Shown here: positions 31,188-43,936 of the stretch, piece by piece
Numbering within the stretch: position 1 is the stretch's first letter
How the letters are laid out: the number at the start of each line of letters is the position of its first letter
NCBI GenBank assembly: GCA_963718845.1
Contig: CAVRAD010000009.1
Span: 125,171-189,170 of the forward strand
Direction of reading: 5' to 3'
Origin: an uncultured Acidobacteriota bacterium
Lineage (GTDB): Bacteria; Acidobacteriota; UBA6911
Length of the DNA: 64,000 nt
Program-made: the position numbers and the translations under genes
Notes under the pieces: generated by a model
The model's database searches: none
Told to the model about the DNA's origin: nothing
What the model saw: the letters and a program-made list of their open reading frames with translations, nothing else

Positions 31188-32278
31188 TTAAAATAGACCA
31201 GAGGCTTTTGCTCAGTTTTGATTGGCTGCTGTTCCTGGCTATCCTCGTGCTGTCCTGTGCCGGGGTTGCCGCAATCTGGAGCACTACGGATGGAACAAGC
31301 CTGAACTCCTATTTTGGCAAGCAGGTGATTTATTTGTGCTGCGGACTTGCAGCCTTCGCCGTGCTGCTGTTCTTTGACTATCACTTTTTCTCCGATTTCA
31401 TAACGTTCATCTACCTGGCGGGATTGGCGGTTCTCGGACTGGTGTTGATTATCGGGCGATCCATTCACAGCAATAAAAGCTGGATAGACATCGGATTCTT
31501 CTCGTTCCAGCCTTCGGAGCTCATGAAGATCCTGGTGATTATTGCCCTGGCGAAATATTATTCGGAATTGGATTCGGAATACCTCGGATTCAGAGAATAT
31601 TTGACGGGAGGATTGATCGTTTTTGTGCCGGCGCTCCTGGTCGTATTCCAGGGAGACCTGGGCACGGCGGTCACCTTCTTCCCGGTTTATGCGGTGCTTA
31701 CCTGTCTTGCCGGAATACGACGCAAGCATTTCGTGTTCATGCTCATTGTCGTTGCCGTTGCGCTCCCGCTGGCCTGGTTCCTGCTCAGGGGATATCAGCA
31801 GGGCCGGATTGAAAACGTGTTCAATCCCGCAAGTGATCCGCATCGCATGGGCTATCAGACTATACAATCAGAGATCGCAATCGGCTCGGGCAAGTTTCTG
31901 GGAAAGGGATTTAAGCAGGGGTCGCAGGGACACCTCGGGTTTTTGCCTGCGCGGCACACCGATTTTGTTTTTGCCGTTCTGTCTGAAGAGAAGGGTTTTG
32001 CGGGGAGCATCACTATCCTGGGCCTTTTCTTCTTGGTCTCTGCGCGACTTTTTCGCACAGCTCGCGAGGCAAAAGATAAAATCGGCTCTCTCCTCGTAGT
32101 CGGCGTTCTGGCGCTTTTGCTTTTCCATGTGCTGATCAATGTGGGCATGGTCGTGGGATTGCTCCCGATCGCCGGGATCCCGCTTCCTTTCGTTAGCGCC
32201 GGGGGGTCGTCTCTGATTTCTTTCTACATGGCGATGAGCTTGTGCATGAATGTTAGAATGAGGCGGTATGTGAATTAG
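31184..32278 (+). CDS. mrdB: Peptidoglycan glycosyltransferase RodA (SEDS family).
   Basis: A 364-aa SEDS protein (...GDLGTA...; ...PFVSAGGSSL...). Intact. Confidence 0.9.
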   Translation: MIKIDQRLLLSFDWLLFLAILVLSCAGVAAIWSTTDGTSLNSYFGKQVIYLCCGLAAFAVLLFFDYHFFSDFITFIYLAGLAVLGLVLIIGRSIHSNKSWIDIGFFSFQPSELMKILVIIALAKYYSELDSEYLGFREYLTGGLIVFVPALLVVFQGDLGTAVTFFPVYAVLTCLAGIRRKHFVFMLIVVAVALPLAWFLLRGYQQGRIENVFNPASDPHRMGYQTIQSEIAIGSGKFLGKGFKQGSQGHLGFLPARHTDFVFAVLSEEKGFAGSITILGLFFLVSARLFRTAREAKDKIGSLLVVGVLALLLFHVLINVGMVVGLLPIAGIPLPFVSAGGSSLISFYMAMSLCMNVRMRRYVN

Positions 32279-32284
32279 CCTTGC

Positions 32285-32375
32285 GGCGGTTAACACGTTA
32301 GCAAGTTACAAGTTACAGGTTACAGGTTGGCAGGATGAGCATGCAGCTTTTAACCTGTAACCTGCCGCAGGGACA
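32285..32375. repeat. ACAGGTT-type heptamer hairpin.
   Basis: gttagcaagttacaagttacaggttacaggttggcagg...ttaacctgtaacctgccg, immediately after the rodA stop. Confidence 0.8.
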
Positions 32376-32829
32376 ACCTTTGCTTGCATTCGGCTTCCAT
32401 CCAAATTACCATTATCTATTCAGGCCGAATGAGGCCATACAGAATTTATAAGTTCGCAATCATGAAGTCAGCTCATAAAGAGCTGCATGATTTATAACAT
32501 TGACCGATCGCGAATCGATATATTGAGTGACGGATATAAGATCAGGTTTGGTTTCGGGATTTTAATACCAACTATGACGCGCAGCGTCAGAATACAAGTA
32601 TATGCCGTGCCGTGCGCAATTAAAAAAGTGTGTGCCCCGGTTCTGTTGACGATGTTTGGCGCATGCATCATAGTCCCTTCCCGAATGAAGCGGGTTTGAT
32701 GGCTGTAATTTGATTGTTTGCCGTGCATCCATCCAGGATGGTAGTCCCCGAGACCCATTCGGCATTCCGCCCGCACAACTGCCCGTCCCTATCTTTCGCG
32801 CCCGTGTCCAAAATAACCGGAGCATCTAA

Positions 32830-34868
32830 ATGATTAAAGAAATGATTGTTTCCAGCACAGCTTTGGAAACAAAGGTCGCTATTTTAGAAGACGACCAACT
32901 GGCCGAGCTTTATATAGAACGGAATCGAAGCCGCGGCATACTCGCCAACACCTATAAAGGAAAAGTGACCAAAGTCCTTCCGGGGATGCAGTCTGCTTTT
33001 GTCAACATCGGCCTTGAAAAGGACGCCTTTCTCTACGTCTCCGATTTTGTCGAAGAAAATGAGGATTGCGACCCGGTAATCACTGCGGCCGAAGAGCAGG
33101 TGGACGCGGCCATCGCGGAGGTGGAGACACAGGAGCGGCCTCAACGACGCGAGCGGAAAGGGGATAAAAGCCGCTGGCGGGAGAGGCGAGAACGGGCGGA
33201 TGCGTCCCGCACGCAAGCCGCACCATCCGAAGCCGGCGGAGAAGCGCAGGTCTCACAGTTGGAGCACTGGAATATCAGCGCCGAAACCGAACGGGAAGTG
33301 GAATCTCGTCTGGAATCGGATGTGCTCTATGCGCCATCTGATATACCGGAGCCCCTGCCCTCCGTTTCCAGCCATGCCGGCGGGTGAATTCTCAGAGACG
33401 AACTCCCCGGCGCCGGTGCCGGCCGCAGATGAGATAGGGATGGATGCCGCGAGCAGTGCCCGAAATCCGCCCGGACGCGGAGATCCAGGAGACTTTTTCC
33501 GATAATCCGTCGCATGATTCCGCCGCGATCCGGGATGAAGGTAAAACGCTGCCTTTCAGCGCAGACCAGGATAATTCCCAGCCAGGATTCGCCCGCCGTC
33601 GGGGCGCGGCCACGAGGCGCAAGCGCTATACTACAGCACGCAACACCCCCCGGCCCGAGCGTCAGTCCATCGATGACATGCTTCAGGAAGGCCAGGAAGT
33701 CCTCGTTCAGGTTGCCAAAGAGCCGATCGCGAAAAAAGGAGCGCGGGTTACCAGCCACATCGCGCTGCCCGGCCGCTACCTTGTATACATGCCGACGGTA
33801 GACCACATCGGCGTCTCCCGCAAAATCGGTACGGATGCCGAACGCGTCCGGCTGAAGGAAATCATTCTGAGACACCGGGACCGCTTTCCCGGCGGAGTGA
33901 TTGTGAGAACGGCTGCGGAAGAGCACAGCGAGCAGGATCTGGTCAACGACCTCACTTTCCTGACGCGGATTTGGGAAGATATGCGTTCCCGCGCGGAGAA
34001 AGTTTCCGCGCCTGCCCTCATTCATGCGGAAATGAACCTCGTCCAGAGGCTGCTAAGGGATCAGTTCTCGTTCGAGTTTGCGGCCATACGCGTTGACGAC
34101 GAAATGGAATATCAGAGAATCGTGGAGTTCGTGGACAAGATTTTCCCGAACCTTGTGCACCGGGTCAAACTCTACACGAAGGAAAACTACATTTTTGACG
34201 AATTCGGGATCACTCCTGAAATCGATAAGCTGCTGCAGCCGAAAATCTGGCTGAAATCCGGCGGCTATATCGTAATCAATCAAACAGAGGCCCTCGTCAG
34301 CATCGATATCAATACCGGCAAGTTTGTCGGCCGCGGAAACAGTCTCGAGGAAACCATCACGCGCACCAATCTCGAGGCCGTCAATGAGATCGTTCGACAG
34401 ATCCGGCTCCGGGATCTTGGAGGCATCATCGTCATCGATTTTATCGATATGGATGAACGGAAAAATCGCAAGCGCGTGATGGAAGCGCTGTCCGAAGAGA
34501 TCGCCAGGGACAAGTCCCCCAGCAAAATTCTCGAATTCAATGAGTTCGGCTTGGTTGCGATAACGCGCAAGAGAGTGAAGCAATCGCTGGAGCGCGCGCT
34601 GTGCCAGCCATGCCCCTACTGCACCGGTTCCGGCATGGTGAAATCCATTTCAACGACCTGCTACGGCATCTTTCACGAAATAGAAAAAATGAGGAATGAC
34701 ATGGACGATCGCTCGGAGCTGATGATCCGCGTGCATCCCGATGTGGCGCGGGCATTGCGCGAATCCGAGTCGATGGTGGTTGAGGAGATCCGTCACATGT
34801 TAAAAAGAGACGTGGTCATAAAATCCGATCCGACTCTTCACATCGAGCATTACAACATCGTGTCGTAA
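32830..34868 (+). CDS. rne: Ribonuclease E/G family endoribonuclease with a ~200-aa low-complexity insertion inside the S1 region. Frameshift(s) near 33400.
   Basis: S1 domain N-half (ORF 32830..33387), an Arg/Glu/Ala-rich insert, then ORF 33444..34868 with the catalytic domain (...DINTGKFVG...IIVIDFIDM...) and a Zn-link CQPCPYCTG. It is preceded by a ~430-bp AT-richer leader (32400-32829). Confidence 0.8.
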
Positions 34869-35765
34869 TCCCTGATTCCGGATTCCAGATTCCAGATTCT
34901 CGATTCCAGATTTCAGTCTGGAATCTGGAATTTGGAATCCGGAATCGTTTGCGGTCGTAGCTGCTTCTTGCTTTTTCGCCTCATCCCAGAGCGCGTCCAT
35001 TTCGGCGAGAGAGGCATCCTTCAGTTCACGCCCCTGTTTTTTGATCGCGGATTCAATGTGCCGGAAACGACGGTCGAACTTCCGGTTGCTGCGGCTCAGA
35101 GCCGTTTCAGGATCGATGCCAAGGAACCGGGCGATGTTTACTGCCACAAAAAGCAGGTCGCCGATTTCATCGGCAACTTTTTGAGTGTCTTTCTGCGCAT
35201 GCGCCTCCAGAAGCTCGGAGGTTTCCTCTTTTAATTTTAGGAGGATGTCGTCCAGTTGCGACCAGTCGAAACCGACCCGGGAAGCCTTCGCTGTCATTTG
35301 ATACGCCCGATGCAATGCCGGCAGTTTCGACGGGATGCCGTCCAGGAGGGATCTTTCGGCATCCGGATGCGAAGAAGAGGGGACCCCTTTTTCCGCGGCT
35401 TTGATATCTTCCCAGTTCTTTAAAACATCCCCCGCTGTTTTCAAGTCGGCGTTCGCGAAGATATGGGGATGCCTGCGCACCATTTTTTCATGCGAACGAT
35501 CGATGACATCGGCCAGGTCAAATTCATTCTTCTCCCTGGAAATCTGGGCGTGAAAGACGACCTGAAACAGCAGGTCGCCCAATTCATCCTTCAGTTCCGC
35601 CGGATCTCTGGAATCGAGCGCATCGAGCACTTCGTATGCTTCTTCGATCAGCATGGGCTTCAGCGTCTCCCGCGTCTGCTCCCTGTCCCAGGGACATCCA
35701 TTTGTCGCCTCGCAGCTGTCGACAAGACCTTCCAGCTTTCCGATATCCGCGTATTTCTTGTCCAT
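34800..35765 (-). CDS. mazG: Nucleoside triphosphate pyrophosphohydrolase MazG; the C-terminal tail reads through a GGAATCY repeat hairpin.
   Basis: Two MazG EExxE domains (LIEEAYEVLDA..., LKEETSELLEA...). The ORF continues ~45 aa past the usual end (…ALWDEAKKQ) into sequence encoded by the gattccagattc repeats at 34871-34948. Confidence 0.8.
   Translation of the reverse strand: MDKKYADIGKLEGLVDSCEATNGCPWDREQTRETLKPMLIEEAYEVLDALDSRDPAELKDELGDLLFQVVFHAQISREKNEFDLADVIDRSHEKMVRRHPHIFANADLKTAGDVLKNWEDIKAAEKGVPSSSHPDAERSLLDGIPSKLPALHRAYQMTAKASRVGFDWSQLDDILLKLKEETSELLEAHAQKDTQKVADEIGDLLFVAVNIARFLGIDPETALSRSNRKFDRRFRHIESAIKKQGRELKDASLAEMDALWDEAKKQEAATTANDSGFQIPDSRLKSGIENLESGIRNQGLRHDVVMLDVKSRIGFYDHVSF
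34871..34948. repeat. GGAATCY-type heptamer hairpin.
   Basis: cctgattccggattccagattccagattctcgattccagatttcag|tctggaatctggaatttggaatccggaatc. Confidence 0.85.
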
Positions 35766-35778
35766 AGGTATTCCTCAT

Positions 35779-35892
35779 TTACGAATTACGAATGACGAAT
35801 TATGCAAGGAAACAACCTTCTGATTGCGGTTGCTTCCTTGCCTAGGGGGTATGCTTCCATTCGTCAATCGTAACTCGTCATTCGTAATTCAT
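35779..35892. repeat. TTACGAA-type heptamer hairpin with a ~60-nt loop.
   Basis: ttacgaattacgaatgacgaat...loop...attcgtcaatcgtaactcgtcattcgtaattc, between the mazG start and the degT-like stop. Confidence 0.8.
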
Positions 35893-37008
35893 TTATCCGA
35901 TGACCTGGTTCAGGGCGTGAAGCACTTCTTGGGCGTCTGATACCTGCATTCCCGAAAAGACCGGCAGACAGATATGTCTTGCGCACAGATCTTCGGAGAT
36001 CGGGAGCGGGCCCGTGCCGTATTTTTCAAATACGGGCTGCTTATGCAGTGGTTCTTCGTAGACTTCGCCTGCCAGTGAAACCCCATATTGTTCACGCAGC
36101 AGGGTCTTCAGCTCCTTGCGGTCTCGCTTTTCTTTCAGCACGGCGATGTATTTATAGTAATTGCAGATTCCGTCCGGAGGAACCGGCAGTGCAACCAGGT
36201 TTCTGAATCCTTGCAGGCCGCGGTCATAAACGGCGGCAATCGCTCTCCGATCCGCGATCATTCCGGGCAGGCGCTCCAGGTGCCTGAGCCCTATGATGGC
36301 GTGAGGTTCGGACATGCGCCAGTTGTAGCCCATGCGCACGTGCGCATTCACGGTAAAGCTGGCCTTTCCCTGGTCGCGATAAATCCGGGATTCCTCCGCT
36401 ATTTTGTCGTCGTTTGTCACGATCATGCCGCCCTCGGCGGATGTCATGACCTTCGTTGGATAGAAGCTGAAGGAGCTGGCGATGCCGAAGGCGCCTGCTT
36501 TTGTGGATCGCAGCGAAGACCCGTGCGCATGGGCGGCATCTTCGACAAGCCAGAGGCCTTTTCTGTTTGCCAGTTCCACCAGGGCGGGCATTTGTGCTGA
36601 AACAATGCCCCCGATGTGCACAACGATCACGCCGGCCGTATTCGGCGTGAGGCTTTTTTCCACAACATCGGGCCGCACGGAAAATGATTCGGGATCCATG
36701 TCCAGCAAAACAGGATTTCCGCCGGCATGCACAACAGCAGCCGCCGTTGCGAAAAAGGTGTTGGTCGGAACGAGCACGTCCCGTCCTTCAATTCCGAGAG
36801 ACCGCAAAATGATTTCCAGGGCGCTGGTTCCGCTGTTCACGGCAATGGCATGGCGCACTCCGCAGAGAAGGGCGAATTTCTCCTCGAATTCCTTGCCGTA
36901 TTTGCCGAGCGTCAACTGGCCGCTGGCCAGCACTTCCTGAATTCGATCCGCAATCCATACTCTGTCTTCCGGAAAAAACTGTATTTTTGCTGCAGGAACC
37001 GGGGCCAT
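35893..37008 (-). CDS. DegT/DnrJ/EryC1/StrS-family PLP-dependent aminotransferase.
   Basis: 371 aa: ...AIAVNSGTSALEIIL..., the active-site Lys region SFSFYPTKVMTSAEGGMIV. Intact. Confidence 0.8.
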   Translation of the reverse strand: MAPVPAAKIQFFPEDRVWIADRIQEVLASGQLTLGKYGKEFEEKFALLCGVRHAIAVNSGTSALEIILRSLGIEGRDVLVPTNTFFATAAAVVHAGGNPVLLDMDPESFSVRPDVVEKSLTPNTAGVIVVHIGGIVSAQMPALVELANRKGLWLVEDAAHAHGSSLRSTKAGAFGIASSFSFYPTKVMTSAEGGMIVTNDDKIAEESRIYRDQGKASFTVNAHVRMGYNWRMSEPHAIIGLRHLERLPGMIADRRAIAAVYDRGLQGFRNLVALPVPPDGICNYYKYIAVLKEKRDRKELKTLLREQYGVSLAGEVYEEPLHKQPVFEKYGTGPLPISEDLCARHICLPVFSGMQVSDAQEVLHALNQVIG

Positions 37009-37109
37009 AGGATTGATCCTTTCTATCCGGACTAGCTGTTGCCTCCGGCGCGGGCGATTGGTGGTACACCGATAATTACCAGGACGATTCCCACCCCGCG
37101 GACGTTTTG

Positions 37110-38027
37110 TTAAAGATCGCTGAATGCGATCGTTTTTAGGCTTTTTGCGTTCAAGGCATGCATCAGCGCTTCACTCGTGAGGGCCTGAAGTTCATCTTCG
37201 TGCCTGTAGCCGGGCATGGTGCTGTCGATTTCCGCACAGCGGCTCACCGCCGGATGAAAGCAAAGCTCGGTTGCTCCATCGGGGAGATGCCGCACAAGGC
37301 GAAGTGCCAAATCCAATGTCATTGCCCCGCTATCATTCATTCCGAAGAGAAAATCGTTATGGCGCACGTTCGCCCGGCGCATCATTCCCTTCATGAGATG
37401 TAGCCACGGGAAAAGAAATATCCACGATGCGAATCTCGATCCGAGCGACGTTTTTGCCGCCCGCCAAGACCGCAAAGGCGGTTCGTTGGGCAGCCGGATC
37501 GCCTTCAGTCCATAATCCCTGCCGACTTTCAATATCAGTCGCAGCACCGTCGGATGCAGGTGCATATGGTTGTGCGCATTGACGTGATCCAGCACGAATC
37601 CTGTTTTATGAAATGCGTCAAACTGCGCGCGTATCTCCGCCTCGATCTGCTTTCGGATGCCCGGGTAAAAGAAAAATTTAAAGCCCGCCCGTGTGAGATG
37701 GGTCGGGAACGATCCGGATGCATCCACTAGATCCGGTATCCTCTGCGGAGGCAGAACGGAAATTCCTTCCACCAGCGTTAAATGCAGCCCCACTTTGAGG
37801 GAAGGATGCTTCCTGGCCCGCTCTGCGGCATCCCCGGCAAACTTCGCTCCTACCATAAGACTTGCGGTTGTCAGGACACCCTTTTGATGCGCTTCTTCGA
37901 TCGCTTCATTGACCGGCAAGGCCAGGCCGAAATCATCTCCGGTAATTATGATTCTTTTCAATGCACCTTTCGCGCTACGGAGTGGTGACGGCCAAAACGC
38001 ATGAAACCGCATGGGCCGATCCGCCAA
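37110..38027 (-). CDS. YdjC-family carbohydrate deacetylase (HpnK-like).
   Basis: KRIIITGDDFGLALPVNEAIEEAHQKGVLTTASLMV...HLTLVEG is the YdjC/ChbG-type N-terminus. Confidence 0.65.
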   Translation of the reverse strand: MADRPMRFHAFWPSPLRSAKGALKRIIITGDDFGLALPVNEAIEEAHQKGVLTTASLMVGAKFAGDAAERARKHPSLKVGLHLTLVEGISVLPPQRIPDLVDASGSFPTHLTRAGFKFFFYPGIRKQIEAEIRAQFDAFHKTGFVLDHVNAHNHMHLHPTVLRLILKVGRDYGLKAIRLPNEPPLRSWRAAKTSLGSRFASWIFLFPWLHLMKGMMRRANVRHNDFLFGMNDSGAMTLDLALRLVRHLPDGATELCFHPAVSRCAEIDSTMPGYRHEDELQALTSEALMHALNAKSLKTIAFSDL

Positions 38028-38101
38028 TGGCCGGAATCAGAAATAGCCACTCCAATGTGCGCCGCACGACGCTTGCCATCTGTTGTGCGCGCCTCCACTA
38101 A

Positions 38102-39250
38102 TCAATCCGCTCTATGTCTGATCTTGAAACCCAGAGCTGCAAATGTTGCTGCTAAGTTTATATGTGCTTTGTCCAAATCCACAATGAAATGACGAAACTC
38201 CGGCCGCAAAGGATGTCGGGTGCGCAGGCGCTCGAAGCTCTCGGCGGCCTTTTCTGGAGGAGCACTCTCCAGGGCCCTCAGGTCGGCGTCATCCTTCCGG
38301 ATGTCGAAAGCTTGCAGAAGCACGGATAAAACGCTTTCCTGCGGTCCTGTTTCCGAGGCCGGATGCAGAACTCGAGCTTCGGGATAAACGGGATCCATGG
38401 GTTGCGCCGGGCGCCTTTCAAGAAAATCACAAAGCGCCTTGCGCGTCATTTCCGTGGCTCGAATTTTCCCATCCAAAGCATTACCGGCAATGTGAGGCGT
38501 TCCAATATCGACGAGTTCCAAAAGAGAATAGTCGATTCGAGGCTCTTCTTCCCAGACGTCAAGAACGGCTCCCTCAATTCTGCCCTCCCGAAGGGCTGCC
38601 TTTACCTCCCGGCTGTCGAAAACAGTCCCTCGAGATGAATTGATGAGGAATTGTCTTGGCGAAAGAAAGTCTAGGAACCGGCGGTTTACCATATGCCAGG
38701 TCGGATAGGGTCCCTTAAAGACGAGAGGCACATGAAAACTTAAAATATCCGAGTTCATGACATCGTCCAGGCGTTGGTATTGGGCGTCTCCCGTCGAATC
38801 GCGGAGCGGAGGATCGCATAGCAGAACTTTCATCCCCAGGGCGCGAGCCTTCTGCGCGACGCGGGAGCCTACGTTACCCACGCCCACGACTGCCAGCGAT
38901 TTGTCTTTGAGAATCCAGCGCTTGCGGGACGCTATGATATGCAGCGCCGTCGCGATGTATTCTGAAACGGAGTTGGCATTGCATCCTGCGGCGTAGGAGA
39001 AATGGATCCCGCGGGCTTGCAGGTAAGCCTGATCGATATGATCTGTCCCGGCGCTGGCCGCGGCTACAAACCGGACCGAACTGCCTTCCAGCAGGGCAGC
39101 ATTCACGGTCGTAACGGTGCGAACAACCAGGATGTCCGCGTCCCTGATGTCGGCCGGCTTGAGTCCTTTGGCCGAATAGGGCCGAATTCTGCCAAGCTCC
39201 GAAAACGCTTCTTCCCAGTCTGGTATTGCTTCATCTACTGCAATAATCAT
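38102..39250 (-). CDS. pdxB: D-isomer-specific 2-hydroxyacid dehydrogenase, erythronate-4-phosphate dehydrogenase-like.
   Basis: ...AAASAGTDHID..., the NAD-binding VVGVGNVGSRVAQKARALGMKVLLCDPP, and ...GTPHIAG.... The overall PdxB-like layout has the catalytic domain first. Confidence 0.65.
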   Translation of the reverse strand: MIIAVDEAIPDWEEAFSELGRIRPYSAKGLKPADIRDADILVVRTVTTVNAALLEGSSVRFVAAASAGTDHIDQAYLQARGIHFSYAAGCNANSVSEYIATALHIIASRKRWILKDKSLAVVGVGNVGSRVAQKARALGMKVLLCDPPLRDSTGDAQYQRLDDVMNSDILSFHVPLVFKGPYPTWHMVNRRFLDFLSPRQFLINSSRGTVFDSREVKAALREGRIEGAVLDVWEEEPRIDYSLLELVDIGTPHIAGNALDGKIRATEMTRKALCDFLERRPAQPMDPVYPEARVLHPASETGPQESVLSVLLQAFDIRKDDADLRALESAPPEKAAESFERLRTRHPLRPEFRHFIVDLDKAHINLAATFAALGFKIRHRAD

Positions 39251-39375
39251 CTAATCCCCAAAGAATCCATATATTGCAGGCATTTATATGCAAAATCAAA
39301 TCCGTTTTGTGCTGCCGCAGATATGCGTCCGATGGCACCCATTTCTTGGGATACCGATTTATCTAAAACTGGGTT

Positions 39376-40237
39376 ATGATGAGAACTATGGATTGGTTTA
39401 AAAAAGAGAAAAGTCCGATCGCAAACACCAAAGAAGAGGATAAGACGGTAAAGACGGAGGGTCTTTTCAAGAAGTGCGACAATTGTCGCGCCTTCATTTG
39501 GAAAAAAGACCTGGATGCGAACTCGAAGGTTTGTCCCAAATGCGCGTTTCACTTCCGTATCAACTCGAAAGAACGGCTTGAGATGCTGTTTGACGATCAT
39601 GCGTATCAAATGCTCGACCAGCAGCTGATTTCAACCGATCCCCTGAATTTCGTCGACCGCGAACCCTATCTTAAGAGGACTTGAGACTGCCAGGAACGCA
39701 ACGGGATTGAACGATGCCCTGGTGAATGCCACCGGCAAGATCGGCGGCCGCCCCGTCCAGATTTCTGCCATGGAATATGCCTTTATTGGCGGCTCGATGG
39801 GCTCGGTTGTCGGTGAGATGATCACGCTGGCCGTTGAAAGATCCACGAAAGAGAAAGTGCCCCTCATCATTGTGTCCGCGTCCGGGGGGGCCCGCATGCA
39901 CGAAGGGACGCTTTCGCTTATGCAAATGGGCAAAGTGAGCGCCGCACTGGCGTATCTGGATGAAGCGCGTGTCCCCTTCATTTCGATCCTGACGGACCCC
40001 ACGACGGGGGGCGTCACCGCGAGTTATGCGATGCTGGGAGATTTGAACATCGCAGAACCCGGAGCTTTGATCGGCTTTGCGGGACCGCGGGTTATTGAGC
40101 AGACCATTCGCCAGAAACTCCCCAAGGGATTTCAGCGCTCCGAATTCCTTCTTGAGCATGGGATGCTGGATGCGATCGTGGACCGGCGGGAAATGCGCGA
40201 GTATCTCATTAATGCCTTGAATTTCTTCATGAAGTGA
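39376..40237 (+). CDS. accD: Acetyl-CoA carboxylase carboxyltransferase subunit beta. Frameshift near 39690.
   Basis: N-terminal Zn ribbon CDNCRAFIW...CPKCAFHFR (ORF 39376..39684), then the carboxyltransferase domain ...[13 protein letters not shown]...[11 protein letters not shown]... (ORF 39707..40237). Confidence 0.85.
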
Positions 40238-40243
40238 AAAAAA

Positions 40244-40417
40244 AGTCTGAAGTATTTAGTCTTTAGTCGGCAGTCGTACCGATAATCGTCGTCAGTTGGC
40301 AGGTCGAACAAGCGGCCTTTCAGGCAATCGGACATGAAACCAGAAACAAGCGGGCCCGGCTCCAACCTGGCCAACCTGAAAAACTGTAGCGATGTGACTA
40401 CTGACTGCGACTACTGA
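40244..40417. repeat. GTAGTCA/GACTACT-type heptamer repeat hairpin.
   Basis: agtctgaagtatttagtctttagtcggcagtcgtaccg...gatgtgactactgactgcgactactgactaccgac, between the accD stop and the ligA stop. Confidence 0.7.
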
Positions 40418-42450
<2,033 letters not shown>

Positions 42451-42610
42451 TTAAATATTTCAGGGATGCGGTAAAGCGCGCGAAAAGGCGTCGGCCTGCC
42501 GGTATTCTTCAATCCCTTTTTCTCCAGTTTCCAGATAGAATACATTAATTTGCTGTCAAGAAGCATACCAGCGATATTAGAATGATCCGGGCAGACGCCA
42601 AGAGATAAAT

Positions 42611-43282
42611 ATGGGAAATCAGAACCAACAACCGCGGCCGGAAACCGATAGGATCGCGTTCGACCTAGAACGTTTTTCAGGCCTGAGCTCCGAAATGGTC
42701 GCGCTGCTGGAGACGCTTGCCCAGGATATCAATCGATCTGCGCAGGAGCTCCAGGATATCCGGGCCGCAGTGGATGCCGGGAAGAAGGAGCTTGCCGCGC
42801 TGCGCGAAAGCGAGAGGGAAGTGTCGGTCTTGAAGCTGCAACTCGAGGATCTCCGCCTGCAGAAAGAAAGCCTCGAAAACCTCATCGCGGATCAGCGGAA
42901 TGCCTGGGAGGAAGAAAAAACAAAACAGGACTTGGAAGAAAGGGAACGTGAGGAGAATCTCAAAACCCTGCGACAGAGGGAAGAGGAAGAGTATCGGCTG
43001 ATGCGGGAAAACGAGCAGATGCAAGCCCGGCAGAAATTTGAAGAAGAGCTGGAGACGATGCGACAGAAAAGCGCGGAAACCCGGACTGCAGGGGAAACGG
43101 ATATTCTCGCAAGGGAATCGGCGCTCAAAAAAAAGGAGCAGGAGTTGAGCCGGCTCATGCAGGAACTGGAAAAGTTTTTGTCCGGGCTTGCCGGCCGGAA
43201 AGGGACTGCGGCAGCGGATCCGGGTGTATCGGGTCCGGATTCGAGATTCGAGATTCGAGATGCGAGATTGCAGATCTATTGA
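42611..43282 (+). CDS. Coiled-coil protein of unknown function; the C-terminus runs into TCGAGAT repeats.
   Basis: 223 aa rich in E/K/R/Q heptad-like repeats. The tail ...GPDSRFEIRDARLQIY is encoded by the gattcgagattcgagat array. Confidence 0.4.
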   Translation: MGNQNQQPRPETDRIAFDLERFSGLSSEMVALLETLAQDINRSAQELQDIRAAVDAGKKELAALRESEREVSVLKLQLEDLRLQKESLENLIADQRNAWEEEKTKQDLEEREREENLKTLRQREEEEYRLMRENEQMQARQKFEEELETMRQKSAETRTAGETDILARESALKKKEQELSRLMQELEKFLSGLAGRKGTAAADPGVSGPDSRFEIRDARLQIY

Positions 43283-43400
43283 TCCTGCACGCATTTGCGT
43301 TATCATAAACCGGCACATCCTATAGGCCTGGGCTTCAGCCCCAGCCTATATTTTAATCTCGAATCTCGAATATCGAATCTCGAATCGCTGCTTATGCCTT
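43205..43400. repeat. TCGAGAT-type heptamer hairpin with a ~110-nt loop containing an internal near-palindrome (cctataggcctgggcttcagccccagcctata).
   Basis: gattcgagattcgagattcgagatgcgagattgcag...loop...aatctcgaatctcgaatatcgaatctcgaatc. Confidence 0.8.
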
Positions 43401-43489
43401 GACAGGCCTTAACTTGGACGATTAAGATTGCGAGTGATTTCGCAGAGGATTATTTTGACAATGATCGCCGATATTTTTTATACCGCCCG

Positions 43490-43936
43490 ATGACAAAAAT
43501 AACCAACGATATCGAAGTAATCATAAGCAGCGCCCTGGAAAACCTCGATCTTATCCAAGCCCTTACGGATTGCATTACGCATTACATGAGTTTTGATGAG
43601 GATTCCGCGCACTGGATCGGGATGTCGGTGCGCGAATCGGTTACGAATGCGATCCAGCACGGAAACAAGCTGGATCTGGGCAAAAAAGTCGATATTCGCT
43701 TTGAAGTCAGGACGGACAAACTATCCATTTCCGTCAGGGATCAGGGCAATGGATTCAATGTCGAAGAAGTGCCGAATCCGCTGGATGCCGAAAACCTGCT
43801 GAAGCCGAGCGGTCGCGGGATATTTTATATCCGCACCTTCATGGATGAGGTCGAATTCCGGCCTCTTTCCCAGGGGGGAATGGAAGTGTATATGGTGAAG
43901 AAGGTTTCTTCAAAACATCAAGGAGAGTTGCTATGA
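43490..43936 (+). CDS. rsbW: Anti-sigma regulatory factor / serine-protein kinase (RsbW/SpoIIAB-like HATPase_c).
   Basis: ...ESVTNAIQHGN... (N-box), ...VRDQGNGF..., ...GRGIFYIRTFMDEV.... 148 aa. Confidence 0.75.
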   Translation: MTKITNDIEVIISSALENLDLIQALTDCITHYMSFDEDSAHWIGMSVRESVTNAIQHGNKLDLGKKVDIRFEVRTDKLSISVRDQGNGFNVEEVPNPLDAENLLKPSGRGIFYIRTFMDEVEFRPLSQGGMEVYMVKKVSSKHQGELL

